Of a stretch of 64,000 nt of DNA, positions 12,601 to 23,011 are shown piece after piece. Positions within the stretch are counted from its first letter, which is position 1. Every line of letters starts with the position of its first letter. The notes beneath the pieces were generated by a model. The model saw only the letters and a program-made list of their open reading frames with translations, had not been told where the DNA came from and ran no database searches. The translations under genes were made by a program, and so were the position numbers. The stretch is from Azolla caroliniana (taxonomy: Eukaryota > Plantae > Polypodiophyta). Where the stretch lies: the NCBI GenBank assembly GCA_043228905.1, contig JBHGNT010000001.1:7130001-7194000 (forward strand), read 5' to 3'.

Positions 12601-13164
12601 GTAGTAGGAACCCGCCCCCACCGATTTTGAGCTCCCGGAGCGTCTCGTTGGTGAAGGTGTGTCCTATACAGGCCGGATCTCGTAAGCTGGGGTCCGATGC
12701 AACCCCTTTGATTCGCGACTCGCTGCCCTCCGGTAACGGTACCGCGACTGGCCTTACCTTCCGGTCCACAGTCTTGTACTTGGTGCTTACTCGGGCCGTC
12801 CGATCCGACTCGAGCCCCCGACCAAAGTCCGCGATGACTTCGTACATTTCTTCGGAACATACCGGTATCGTCCGGTCTTCGTTAAGGTCTTCTTCGACTA
12901 CCTTCCCCAGCATTCCCAAGGTGTCGTCGAAGGAGACCGCCTCCACGGCGCCACTGATTTCTTCGTCAGGGCCGAGAACTCCGCACGCTCGAAGTCTCCC
13001 CTCCGTCTTTGTTTTCTCTCGGCCGGCGATGCCGACCATCGTACATGCTCCGCTGTCGGAGAAGCAAAATTTCCTACCTATTGTACACGGTTTTATCGTA
13101 CAGATGTGGGGTTTTCCCGGAGCATCCGGACTGTCGCGGCCCCACGCCTTGGCAGTCCTCTCTA
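9683..13164 (-). CDS. pol: Pol (RT, RNase H, integrase), probably reached by -1 frameshift from gag-PR
   Basis: Uninterrupted frame from the GGATTTT site through the 1118-aa ORF: DLYSGYDQ, LPQG, FLDD, TVDTS, AMADMLSR, H..H..CESC, GKVERGH, WFGPY. Confidence 0.93.
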
Positions 13165-15288
13165 AAAATCCTCTCGGTTTTCGGAACCGAGGGAGTCGCG
13201 GTTACGTTCGTGGTTCGGCCGTACCGTCAGAAACTGGACCGAATGGCGCCCGTCTTGGCTTTTGACCCTCGCGTAGGCCGAACCATTGTCCAGCACCTTG
13301 GTCTCCATTTGCGCCGCCGTGATGTACGGCTCTCCCAGTATGACCGGATGCGAAGACGTCTCCTGCACGAAGAAGTGCTGGTCAATCTCGACGTCGCCGA
13401 TCTTGACTCGCACATTCGGACAGGCCCCGTGCAGTTCCTCGGTGGCGCGCGTTGCTGCCCTTATTTTCCACCCGTGCTTGGTGTTGATCGGCCATTTTCC
13501 CTTCTTATAGAAGTCCATGGACATCAAATTGATCTCCGATCCGTAGTCCACCAAAGCTATCACCGGTTCCTGGACATCGCCGATCTTCACCGGGGTTTCC
13601 GTGGTCGCTCGGGCCCAGTGTGGTCTCGAATAGTGGCTTTCCGCTCACTCGTCTCCCAGCGCCATGTCGTCTAGGTGCGTCGTCCGCACTTCCACCGGTC
13701 TTTCCGGTTCTGTCTCCGTTGACAGCCTCTTCCGTTTCACCAAGTCCACGATGGAGTCGTGGAACTCCTTCTTGGCGATTCCCAGCACCTCTCGTAACGA
13801 CAGCTCCACCTTGCTATCGAGGATCCGTTCCTCCAGGACCTTTCGTAAGTCCGTGGTCCTTTCTATCTCCGTCCCAAGACGGTACCCGCCCTTCTGGGGT
13901 TTATCTTGCGTACCGGCCCCGCCGGCTTCGTCCCGTCGTGGCCCGGACCGGGTCTCGTATCGTTGTGAGGGCCCGGTCGTCCCGGGTTTCCCCACCCGCT
14001 TCTCTTCTACCAGAGCCTCGTAGTTCTGGCAAGCGGCTTCCACGAAGCCCGTCTTTTCCTCGACCGGGTCGCTCCACCCGGTCATCTCCCGTACCCGTTT
14101 CTCCGCACGGTCCGATTCCTCCCTTTTAAGCCTTGCACCGGCAAGGCCTTCCAGCATTGTCGGCCAGAATCCGGCTTTGCTTTCCCTTCGGGCCTCGCCG
14201 CCCCCGACTCGAATGCCGGCCGACGCCGAGTAGTGGACGGTTTTCGCGTGTCGGGCCGCCGCCTCTTCCATCAACCTTTTCATACCACCTCGCCCGTCGT
14301 TTCGGCTCAGGGCCCTTCGGGTGTCGCTGGCATGCACCCGTCCTTCCCACAGGTACACCACCCTGTTCCTCAGCGCCTCCGCGAAGTCGCCGCAGTCCTT
14401 CCGAATGTGGCCGACTTCATCGCACCACATGCACCTGTTTCCTGCCGCCGGCCGTCGGTCACGAGCCGGTTCGCCACCTTCCCTTCGGGCTTGCGCGATT
14501 TGGAGGTCCTTTATCGCCCTCGTCAATTCCTCCAGCGCCGCTCCTCCGGTTGAGCCTCTGACTACGCCGGTCGAAGCCGAACCGGTTTCCAACCATTCTC
14601 GGGTCTCTTCCTTTCGCACCTGTGGCGCTGGTTCGAGCTTCCTTGCTGCGACCGAGCCCGACCCGGTTGCCCCGTTATCCGCCCATTCTCGCCGTTTGTC
14701 GAAACGGCCACAGACTTTCTTGACAGCCGCCCAGTCGGTAGTGAGCCCGTCTTCGGTTTCCAGCAAGAGGCCCACTTGCTCCCGATCCCGCTCGTCGACC
14801 GACTTCACAAACAGCAAGACCCGGCTCGTGTCCAGGATGGTTCGGTCGAGCGCCGAAAGGCGCGCAAAGTTTTCCTCGAACTCCCGGAGGAGTGCCGACG
14901 CGTTTCTTCCCTTCCCCGGGGACTCCACCCATTCCATGAACCTTCGCTTCGAAAGCTGGAGCGCGTCGTCCAGCCCGTATTTCTCTAGGAGCCGACCTTC
15001 GAACTCCTCCCAGGTACGGCTCTCCGCCCGCACCTCGAGCACCTCCGCATGGATGCTCGGCATCGCCACTCGGGGAAATCCGGCAAGACGCCTTTCTTCC
15101 GGAATGTCCCGCATCAGCATCTCTGCACCGTAGGACGCCAAATACTTCGTGGCATCCTTCCCATCGAACCGGCCGATCGTGCCGACGACCGCCTCAATGG
15201 CTCTGTCGAGGGCACCGGTGCCCTCGCGCGCGTTTACAATCCGGTCCACGGCCGAAGCCATGGCCTCTGCAAGATCCGACCCCCTCAT
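13162..15288 (-). CDS. gag: Gag-protease (CX2CX4HX4C knuckle, aspartic protease) with one in-frame TGA at 13645-13647
   Basis: CMWCDEVGHIRKDC; LVDYGSEINL and VILGEPY; ORFs 13645-15315 and 13162-13590 share a frame (GDE*AESH, likely TGG>TGA). Confidence 0.88.
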
Positions 15289-15310
15289 CTTCTGCTCTTC
15301 TGCCGCCTCC

Positions 15311-15328
15311 TTCACGTTGGGTTCACCA
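15311..15328 (-). promoter_or_regulatory. Primer-binding site complementary to tRNA-Trp
   Basis: Plus strand TTCACGTTGGGTTCACCA matches the plant cytosolic tRNA-Trp 3' end (TTCACGTCGGGTTCA-CCA, from memory) at 17/18; 4 nt from the LTR. Confidence 0.85.
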
Positions 15329-15332
15329 GAGA

Positions 15333-16125
15333 TGTCTAGATATTACGCAAGTGCGTGTGGAAACGAGGCGGGACCGCGGGGGTCTCGAACCAAAGAGCAA
15401 GCGAGGGAGGAGAAAGAGAGAGAACCGGCTACGCAGGACCGGGGATACACAGGGACACGGCCCTTCAGCACGGAGAACGCGAACAGACACCGACACAGAC
15501 AGATGCGAATGACTAAATATGTATATTAACAAAAATGGCTAACACGACTACAACCCTCGATGGGGCACAGGTTGGCTACAACCGAACAGGCCGGCGAACA
15601 GATGCCGATGCTTGTTCGCTTCGACGCACAAAGGGGGAGCAGGTCGGAGGTGCTGCCGGAAGCACTCGGGCGTTCCTCGAAACAGCGCGAGCCTCCTCGG
15701 AACCCTGCACAGAAAAGCTATGGAGCTCAAGAAGGAAGGAAACAGAGAGAGAAGCGTCCAGAAACGGTCCGGCAGCACTTCGTCCTCTCTGCGCGAGATG
15801 CCTGCAACAGCTCTTTCCTGCTCCTTATATAGGCCGACGAGCAGGCCGTCATGTCAGCTTTATTCCCTGTCCCTTTTGGACAGGGATCCGCTCCGTTCTT
15901 CACGCATCCGCGTAGTTACGCCGCCGACTCGTACAGTTCCTTAGCTCGCGCGCGCGACCGAAAAGACTGTTCGCGCGGTCTTTGTCTCCACTTGTGTTAG
16001 GGCCCGTTCCTGCCGATTATCCTCCTAATTCGCTTCTATGTACAACTTGGAGCGTGCGCGCGTGAAGAACCGGTTCCCACGCCTTGGTGCGCCGATTCCG
16101 CCTATGGACGGTTTTCTTCACGACA
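15333..16125 (-). repeat. 5' LTR of the nested Gypsy
   Basis: Direct repeat of 8819-9611; CCTATATAAGG TATA on the minus strand near 15825. Confidence 0.97.
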
Positions 16126-18049
16126 ACGTTTTCTTAACAAAGAAGTCGTAATTGGCTGGTGGTTGGTTATGCCCAAAGTCAACAACAAATTCAAGATTTA
16201 ATAGCATTCGAAAAGCAACTTAATGGTGACAAGTTCTTTCCAACTCCAAACCCCATGTCATCAACATGCAAGAGGATGAATGCAATACTATTCAAATTGA
16301 CTTGATACTCATACAATGAATTCAGTAGCTTTGCAATACATAAGCCAATATGGTCACAACACTAGTTGTTCATTCAATTCCTTTGCCCATTCAGGATATC
16401 AACTAGGAATATAATCGGTATGTCAAGAGGGTTATCTATTCCCTTTTATACAATTTGACTCTTTAGACTCCTAGGTTGCTAAGTTAGACTCCTAGGGTTC
16501 TGACAAACTTAAAAGGATTTGGCACACATGGGACCATGCAACAATCGTGAAGCCTAAAGCGTCAATTTGAGCAAAAGGGATTATCTATCGTTTTGACACA
16601 ATATCTAAACATGTTGCTGAGACTATTGTAATCAAGTAAAATTCTTGTACATGAAGATTCCTTGATTAACTAACTTCCAAACTATAAAATAGAACCCCAT
16701 TAGTGACATCCCAATATGGCCTAATATTATAATTTATACTTACAATGTTATCCCCATTAATCCCCTTAAAAACGGATGGCACACTGAACTAACCATTAAT
16801 CCCCTTAAAAAGATCTAACGTAAAGTTATCTAAGGTGAAATGGATTGAGATCGGTAGACATTATAAAAACGGATGACATCCTTTTCAAAGCCAATCTAGT
16901 TATTTATTACAATGTCTACCAATCTCAATCTTGCCTTTGGAAAACATCTTACACATATTGTTGCTCTTGTGTTATTTTCACGAGGAATGCAACATATTGT
17001 GTCATTTGAAAGTAGGAAAAGGCACAACTTAATACGCGAGGTTATAATGTACACAACTAATTTGAAAAGGCAAGTTATTTCTAAAATTTTCCAAGCACAA
17101 AATTTTGGACAATTCCTTTGTGTTTGCATTGGTGGTGGCTCACTAGTAAAGGAAAATCACTTCTCCCAAATACACCAATCACCAAAGAACGGGCCAATGT
17201 CTAAGGAACACATCTCTTATGTGCTTTATGTTGTAATTCAACAAAATAAATAAAGTAGGTCCCATTAGTCATACCGAATAATCTTTAAGTGCTTTAATCT
17301 ACTCATTTTGGATGGGAAAAGCCACCCAACTAGGCCATTAGGAGTTTCTATGGAAAAAATATTATGTGCATCAATGATAGATTCTTTTGGTTTCAAATGT
17401 CGAATAATGATTGTTTGTGTACCCAAGAGAAGTAAACATCTTGATGAAGGTTTTATGTGGAATTCTTCATAAGTCTTCCAAGCATGCTAACTGTAAATGA
17501 ATTATTGAATCCCCCAAAATAATTGGGGTCAAGTTACTACTACCTATACCTTAAAAGAGGGTCATATTGAACCCATTAGGGGATAGCATTATCTTTTGAG
17601 ACCACAATCAAGGTACAATTCAAACTATCTAGTTGTGGAATTTACTATAAAATAAGTTGTCACTTGAACCACAAATCGTAGGAATCATTGTCTATGAAAA
17701 CCTCACACAAAAAAAATATTAAATGGAAGGTGACAAAGAACAACGGCCAGGAAGATATGCAAGCATGACTTGCTTAAGCCGTCCACCTTTCCTAACTTCC
17801 CTAGAGTTAGAGATTCACTCTATGGATTACATACTCTCAATCTTCACGTGTGCTTTTTTCTTGGAGCCAAATCCTTTTACAACGTCAACTTTATTTCTAG
17901 ATCCAACGTGTTTGGTACTTGCTTGTTCACATATACTACTCACAACATACCTAAACTTGCAAAAGGTAACTTACCCTTATACTCGAAAGTTCAAGGTCAC
18001 TTGATGAGATAGGTAAAAACATCCAATATATTTATTGTCTCAATAACAT

Positions 18050-18530
18050 TAACAATTACCAACGGTTCGGTTCAGTTCGGTTCGAGAGGGTCAAAAGCAA
18101 ACCGGTTTGAAACCGAATTGTTTAAAGTTTTTGAAACCTGAAGAGAATTGAACCGAACCACGAAACTGTTAAACTGAACCATTAAAAAAATTCAAACTGT
18201 TAAGCCATTAAACCAATAAAACTGTGGTTTTGTGGTTCGGTTTCGGTTTTTAGCTAAGGTCAAATTTTAAAAATTCCATCATTTGAATTTTCAAAAATTT
18301 AAAGATTTTCCAAAATATGAGAATAAGGCATGAAAATGAAAACATTGTTTAAAAACAATTTTTATTTTTTTTTTAAATTAAAAAATAAAAATACCGTTAA
18401 ACCGCGGTTTCTAACTTTTGAAACCAAACCAAACCGTTAAAAACACCCGAACCTAAAACTGAACTGTTTAAACCGTTAAGTTGTGATTTCACGATTCGGT
18501 TCGGTTCAAACCGACCGTTGCCGATTGTTA
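18050..18530. mobile_element. Non-autonomous hAT element (MITE), 481 bp
   Basis: Perfect 8-bp TSD AATAACAT (18042-18049, 18531-18538); imperfect TIR TAACAAT...CAACGG; many subterminal AACCG/CGGTT repeats. Confidence 0.9.
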
Positions 18531-18664
18531 AATAACATCCTCTTTTGCTTTGTTCAAAGAAGAACTCCCCAAGGATGATATGCGTTTTAATATATATATA
18601 TATATATATATCAATTGTGGGATTCTTTTTTGGCTTATGGGAGGCAAAACTATGTTGTAGCTAG

Positions 18665-19288
18665 AGGGCATTAGGTAACTCTCTTTCAGCATGAAGTTAG
18701 CAACAACCTTTTTAGCTCCATACTTTTAAGAATAAAAAGTGATAAGCTCATATTTGTCACCTACATCTCAAACAATTGACATTCCATCACATTATTGAAA
18801 TCTTGTGATCAGAATTTTACAGGGCATTAGGTAACTCTCTTTCAGCATGAAGTTAGCAACAACCTTTTTAGCTCTATACTTTTAAGAATAAAAAGTGATA
18901 AGCTCATATTTGTCACCTACATCTCAAACAATTGACATTCCATCACATTATTGAAATCTTGTGATCAGAATTTTACAGGGCATTAGGTAACTCTCTTTTA
19001 GCATGAAGTTAGCAACAACCTTTTTAGCTCTATACTTTTAAGAATAAAAAGTGATAAGCTCATATTTGTCGCCTACATCTCAAACAATTGACATTCCATC
19101 ACATTATTGAAATCTTGTGATCAAAATTTTATAAGGCATTAGGTAACTCTCTTTCAGCATGAAGTTAGCAACAACCTTTTTAGCTCTATACTTTTAAGAA
19201 TAAAAAGTGATAAGCTCATATTTGTCGCCTACATCTCAAACAATTGACATTCCATCACATTATTGAAATCTTGTGATCAGAATTTTAC
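18665..19288. repeat. Tandem array, 4 x 156 bp, near-identical
   Basis: Units start at 18665, 18821, 18977 and 19133 (AGGGCATTAGGTAACTC..AATTTTAC). Confidence 0.97.
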
Positions 19289-20665
19289 ATAACCTACATA
19301 TACAACTAATTTGGGTGTCTTATATTTACCTTGGAAACACTTTGATGAGATCATGAGTGAAAGAAAGAGAGGATGGTAATGCTTATATTTGAATGCCCTC
19401 GCCTAAAATTTCAATTTGTAACGAAAGATACATTAGGTTCATTATCATCCTAGGGGGCCAAATATGACCGATTAGACCAAAGTGAAACATTTTTACTCAA
19501 TCTTGATGTTCAAGAATTTTACTAACGACAACAATGAGAAGTGGAGGGTACTAGTAGCACAACCTATTATCATGTTTTCAAAGTTTTATAAGAAACACGT
19601 GCCCTTCAAACCAAGCATCTCTTCCATATAATAGGCAGATAGTCAAACTAGGTGCTACTGAGAATTTTACTAAAAAGCTAGTGCGAAATGGAGACAGCTT
19701 GTAGCGAAATCTCTTGTCACGTCGTCGAAGTTTTGTGGGAAACAAATGCAATTCAAACACTTCCAACCCTAACAGCTCGTACACACAAGAGGCAAACGGA
19801 GAGACTCATCGATGATCTTGTCAGCCTTTGAATATTGAGATCGCCAAACTAAATTAATCGTGTAAACAAAGATGCTTACAAAGGGTGCAGGAGTTAGCCT
19901 TATGATATGTGTGCACATGTTGTGGTTCGATCTATTCATTTGGCCATATGACCTGATAGTTTCCATTCGATCATGAATGAGTGAAGAAAATAGATGTTAC
20001 ATTTCATTAATCATTACGTTTTGCTTATTATTTGGACTAAAAGATGGGTACTAGCAGAGTATCTATAGATTAACGCTATTATTTTCAAGATGTGGTTGCA
20101 TTTTTAAACCCCCCCCCCCCACCCCAATAAACTACCCTGTTATTAGATATTAGATGCTATATTTATGAATAGATAGATAGATAGCCCAAATTTAAAATGT
20201 GTCTTAATGTTGGATAATAGCCGAGACACTCAGAAAATTTATCAAGAAAAAGTAGGTTTTTTTTTTGTTTCCTTTTTCTGCAATTTTAAATAGCATAATT
20301 GTATATTTAATGAAAGCTAATGTGTGATGATAATTGAGACCTTCGAATTAACTGCTATATAGGGTATATTTAAAAAGGGCTAAAAAATCATATATGCATA
20401 TAAAATCTATCTAATCATTAGTTGGAAAGTTGGGTTTCTGTTTCCCTTTTCTTCTTTTTCTTTTTTGATAATAATGGAATAAATAAAAGAAAATATTTTT
20501 GTTTTTTGGAATCAGAAACAGAGCATGCCATGTATATATATATGTACAGTATTGCTCTGTTTCTGATTCAATGGGATCTAGATTAATGAAAGCTTCCCAA
20601 TTACAGCAATATTTTGTATCATCTATACATCCAAGCAGTTTTGCCTCGCTATATTTATAGATATA

Positions 20666-23011
20666 ATGGGCAGATGCAGAAGGCACCCAAATCATATAAT
20701 TGTCGGTATCTGCGCTTATTGCCTCAACAATCGCCTCTTAGCTCTACTCAAAGAAGATCAAGAAGAAGAGAAATATAATGAAAATCATGAAGAAGCAGGC
20801 AACTGCAATGACTCAGACTACGCCTGTTCTTCATCTGTTTGTCTCTCTCCGATGTATAGCAGAAGCATCATACAGAAGAGCAGGAAATCTACTACTGTTT
20901 TGGATGATTTCAGACAAATTGAGGCCAAGTCCAACAGTATGGGTTCTTCTTCAATCTATCATCCTTACTCTGTTTATTCATCGCCTTGTTATTTCAAATC
21001 TTCTTCAGATTATCACTTCTTCAGAGATAGAAACGCTGAAAGTCACAATGGTCATAGCAAGAAGAAGGACAAGAAGAAGAAGAAGAAGAAGAAACCATGG
21101 CTTCATTTGCCATTCTTGCAATGGAATCAAAGCTCTAATGAAAGATGTGATGGATCCCATGGTATGAAGCAAGCTAAGGGTAAGTCTAACTATACCATTT
21201 TCAACAATTCCTTGAGAGAAGTTCATGACAGTCTCTCCAAAGGTGATGTCTCTTCACTTCTCTCTTCTCCGAATGTGTCAAGACAATGTGCATCACAGCA
21301 TCAATGCTCATCTCCCATCATCACAAATGCAAGGGGCTCTAATAAGATCCATAGAAGGAGCAGCAGTAACTGTAGTGATAGGAGGAATTGGTATGATAAT
21401 GGAAGCTACATAATGGATGGGAATGTGGATATTGGAGGTCATAGCATCACAGGGTACATGGAGTTGGATGGCAATAGCATCAATGGCCATGTGGGTGTGG
21501 ATGCAAATGGCATAAACCACATCAATAGACATGTGGGCATGCATGCTAGAGCCAATGGGCATGTGACAATGGATGCCAATGGGATCTATCACATCGATGG
21601 TCATGTGGGTATGGATCCTAATGGAATATACCTCGTCAATAAGCATGTGGGAATAGATGCTAGTAGTGGCAATGGTCAGGTGGGCATGCATGCCAATCAC
21701 ATCAATGGGAATGTAGGTATCAAAGCCAACCTCAATGGGCATATGCGTATGTATGGAAGCCACATCAACAGGGATTTAGACATGAATTCCAATGTCATCA
21801 ATAAGAATGTGGGTTATATGGATGCTTTAAATGATGATTATCACGTCCATAGGAATGTGGCTATGGATGGTAATAATAGAAGTTTTGACATCAAGAGACA
21901 TATGGGCATGGTTAAAGAAATGCCTCAATCTCCCCCTGGAACTCATAGGGATGTATCTCTTGACTCGACTCCAAGGCTATCTAGTGTCAGTGCATATTCT
22001 CCGGATGTATTTACAAGAAGAAAATTCCATCTTTCAGAGAAAGATATACCGTGGAATCACCGGGCAGCGTGTGCTAGTAATGGACGTTGTGTCTATAATC
22101 ACAATGCAACCAAGCTCGAGGACAAGCAAACCAAGAGGAATGTACAAGGGACTTCTGACAATCCTGGGTTCAAAAAGGAGTTTGTCCGAGAACCTTACAG
22201 TAGTAGTATATTCTCCGAAAAGAGAGTGCCAATGGGGAAAAGCCCATTGTCAGCGGGATTATATAACTCTTCAACGAAGAGATTGCAATCGATCAACCTC
22301 CCGAAACTTGTCTCCAGTAAGAGGAGTGAGATGGTGTCTAGTGATTGTGGAAGAGATGTGAGGGTGTCACCAATACCTACTTCGACAATGCAATTTGATA
22401 AGGAATGTTCTCATCATAATCCACGAAAGCATCAGTATCAGATGGACGATCGGGCTCGATCAAATCATCGGGAGTGCTCGGATCCATCAAAATATGAGGA
22501 GATATCCTCATTTTCCGTGGATGCTGCACTGCCCTATGGTAGAGACGATGAACTGTTGAGAAGCCCCAAAATGGCTGCATTGAAATTAAGGTTCAAACAG
22601 AATTTAAATCTCAAGAGTCCAAAGCATGAGCATGCTTCAAAGGATGGTACTAAAGAGTATTCGGCTTCGCGATGGAGCAAAACATTGAGCAGAACCTTGT
22701 CGCCGATGCTAAGCTTAAGAAAGGCGAAGAATTTGCACAAGGATGTGTATCAATCAAATTATGAAAATGATGATGATGATGATGATGGAGATGATTATGA
22801 GTGCAAGAGAATTGATGAGAAACAATCTTCTCAGAATGGACTGGGAATCGGAAGTATTTTGAAGAAGGGGCCAAGAAGGGTGAATAATGAATCACAAACC
22901 AAAAGGAACCTCGTTCTTTCAGCATTGGAAGGAAAAGGGCCACCTCAAAACTACTCCTTCTTGAACAAGGATTATAGTGCTTTTACCTTCTACTTTAGCT
23001 CTAGAGGCTAA
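20666..23011 (+). CDS. Intronless DUF740/OCTOPUS-like protein (781 aa) with internal NGHVGMDAN-type repeats
   Basis: N-terminal CRRHP..GICAYCLNNRL zinc-finger-like motif typical of DUF740-type proteins; Ser-rich body; long ORF in AT-rich surroundings. Confidence 0.8.
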   Translation: MGRCRRHPNHIIVGICAYCLNNRLLALLKEDQEEEKYNENHEEAGNCNDSDYACSSSVCLSPMYSRSIIQKSRKSTTVLDDFRQIEAKSNSMGSSSIYHPYSVYSSPCYFKSSSDYHFFRDRNAESHNGHSKKKDKKKKKKKKPWLHLPFLQWNQSSNERCDGSHGMKQAKGKSNYTIFNNSLREVHDSLSKGDVSSLLSSPNVSRQCASQHQCSSPIITNARGSNKIHRRSSSNCSDRRNWYDNGSYIMDGNVDIGGHSITGYMELDGNSINGHVGVDANGINHINRHVGMHARANGHVTMDANGIYHIDGHVGMDPNGIYLVNKHVGIDASSGNGQVGMHANHINGNVGIKANLNGHMRMYGSHINRDLDMNSNVINKNVGYMDALNDDYHVHRNVAMDGNNRSFDIKRHMGMVKEMPQSPPGTHRDVSLDSTPRLSSVSAYSPDVFTRRKFHLSEKDIPWNHRAACASNGRCVYNHNATKLEDKQTKRNVQGTSDNPGFKKEFVREPYSSSIFSEKRVPMGKSPLSAGLYNSSTKRLQSINLPKLVSSKRSEMVSSDCGRDVRVSPIPTSTMQFDKECSHHNPRKHQYQMDDRARSNHRECSDPSKYEEISSFSVDAALPYGRDDELLRSPKMAALKLRFKQNLNLKSPKHEHASKDGTKEYSASRWSKTLSRTLSPMLSLRKAKNLHKDVYQSNYENDDDDDDGDDYECKRIDEKQSSQNGLGIGSILKKGPRRVNNESQTKRNLVLSALEGKGPPQNYSFLNKDYSAFTFYFSSRG

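Larger units (their letters stand above)
8819..16125 (-). mobile_element. Full-length young Ty3/Gypsy element (7307 bp), fungal/Ylt1-like type
   Basis: Two 793-bp TG..CA LTRs with 5 transitions by eye; ACGT TSD at 8815-8818 and 16126-16129; PBS, PPT, gag-PR and RT-RH-INT all present. Confidence 0.97.
5663..16139 (+). mobile_element. Ty1/Copia LTR retrotransposon, 3' half, interrupted by two Gypsy insertions
   Basis: INT-RT-RNaseH order; PPT GAGGGGGAG at 8371-8379; LTR TGTTGAGA (8380) .. TCTTAACA (16139) split by the 8819-16125 insertion. Confidence 0.93.

Noticed and set aside
9839-15133. Long plus-strand ORFs (269 aa, 270 aa and others) antisense to gag-pol
   Set aside because: Shadow ORFs expected from GC-rich codon usage
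16140-18040. Decayed coding-like sequence on the minus strand
   Set aside because: Probably an old transposon, but no motif could be recognised
18665-19288. CRISPR-like regular repeat
   Set aside because: No unique spacers; contiguous tandem units in eukaryotic DNA
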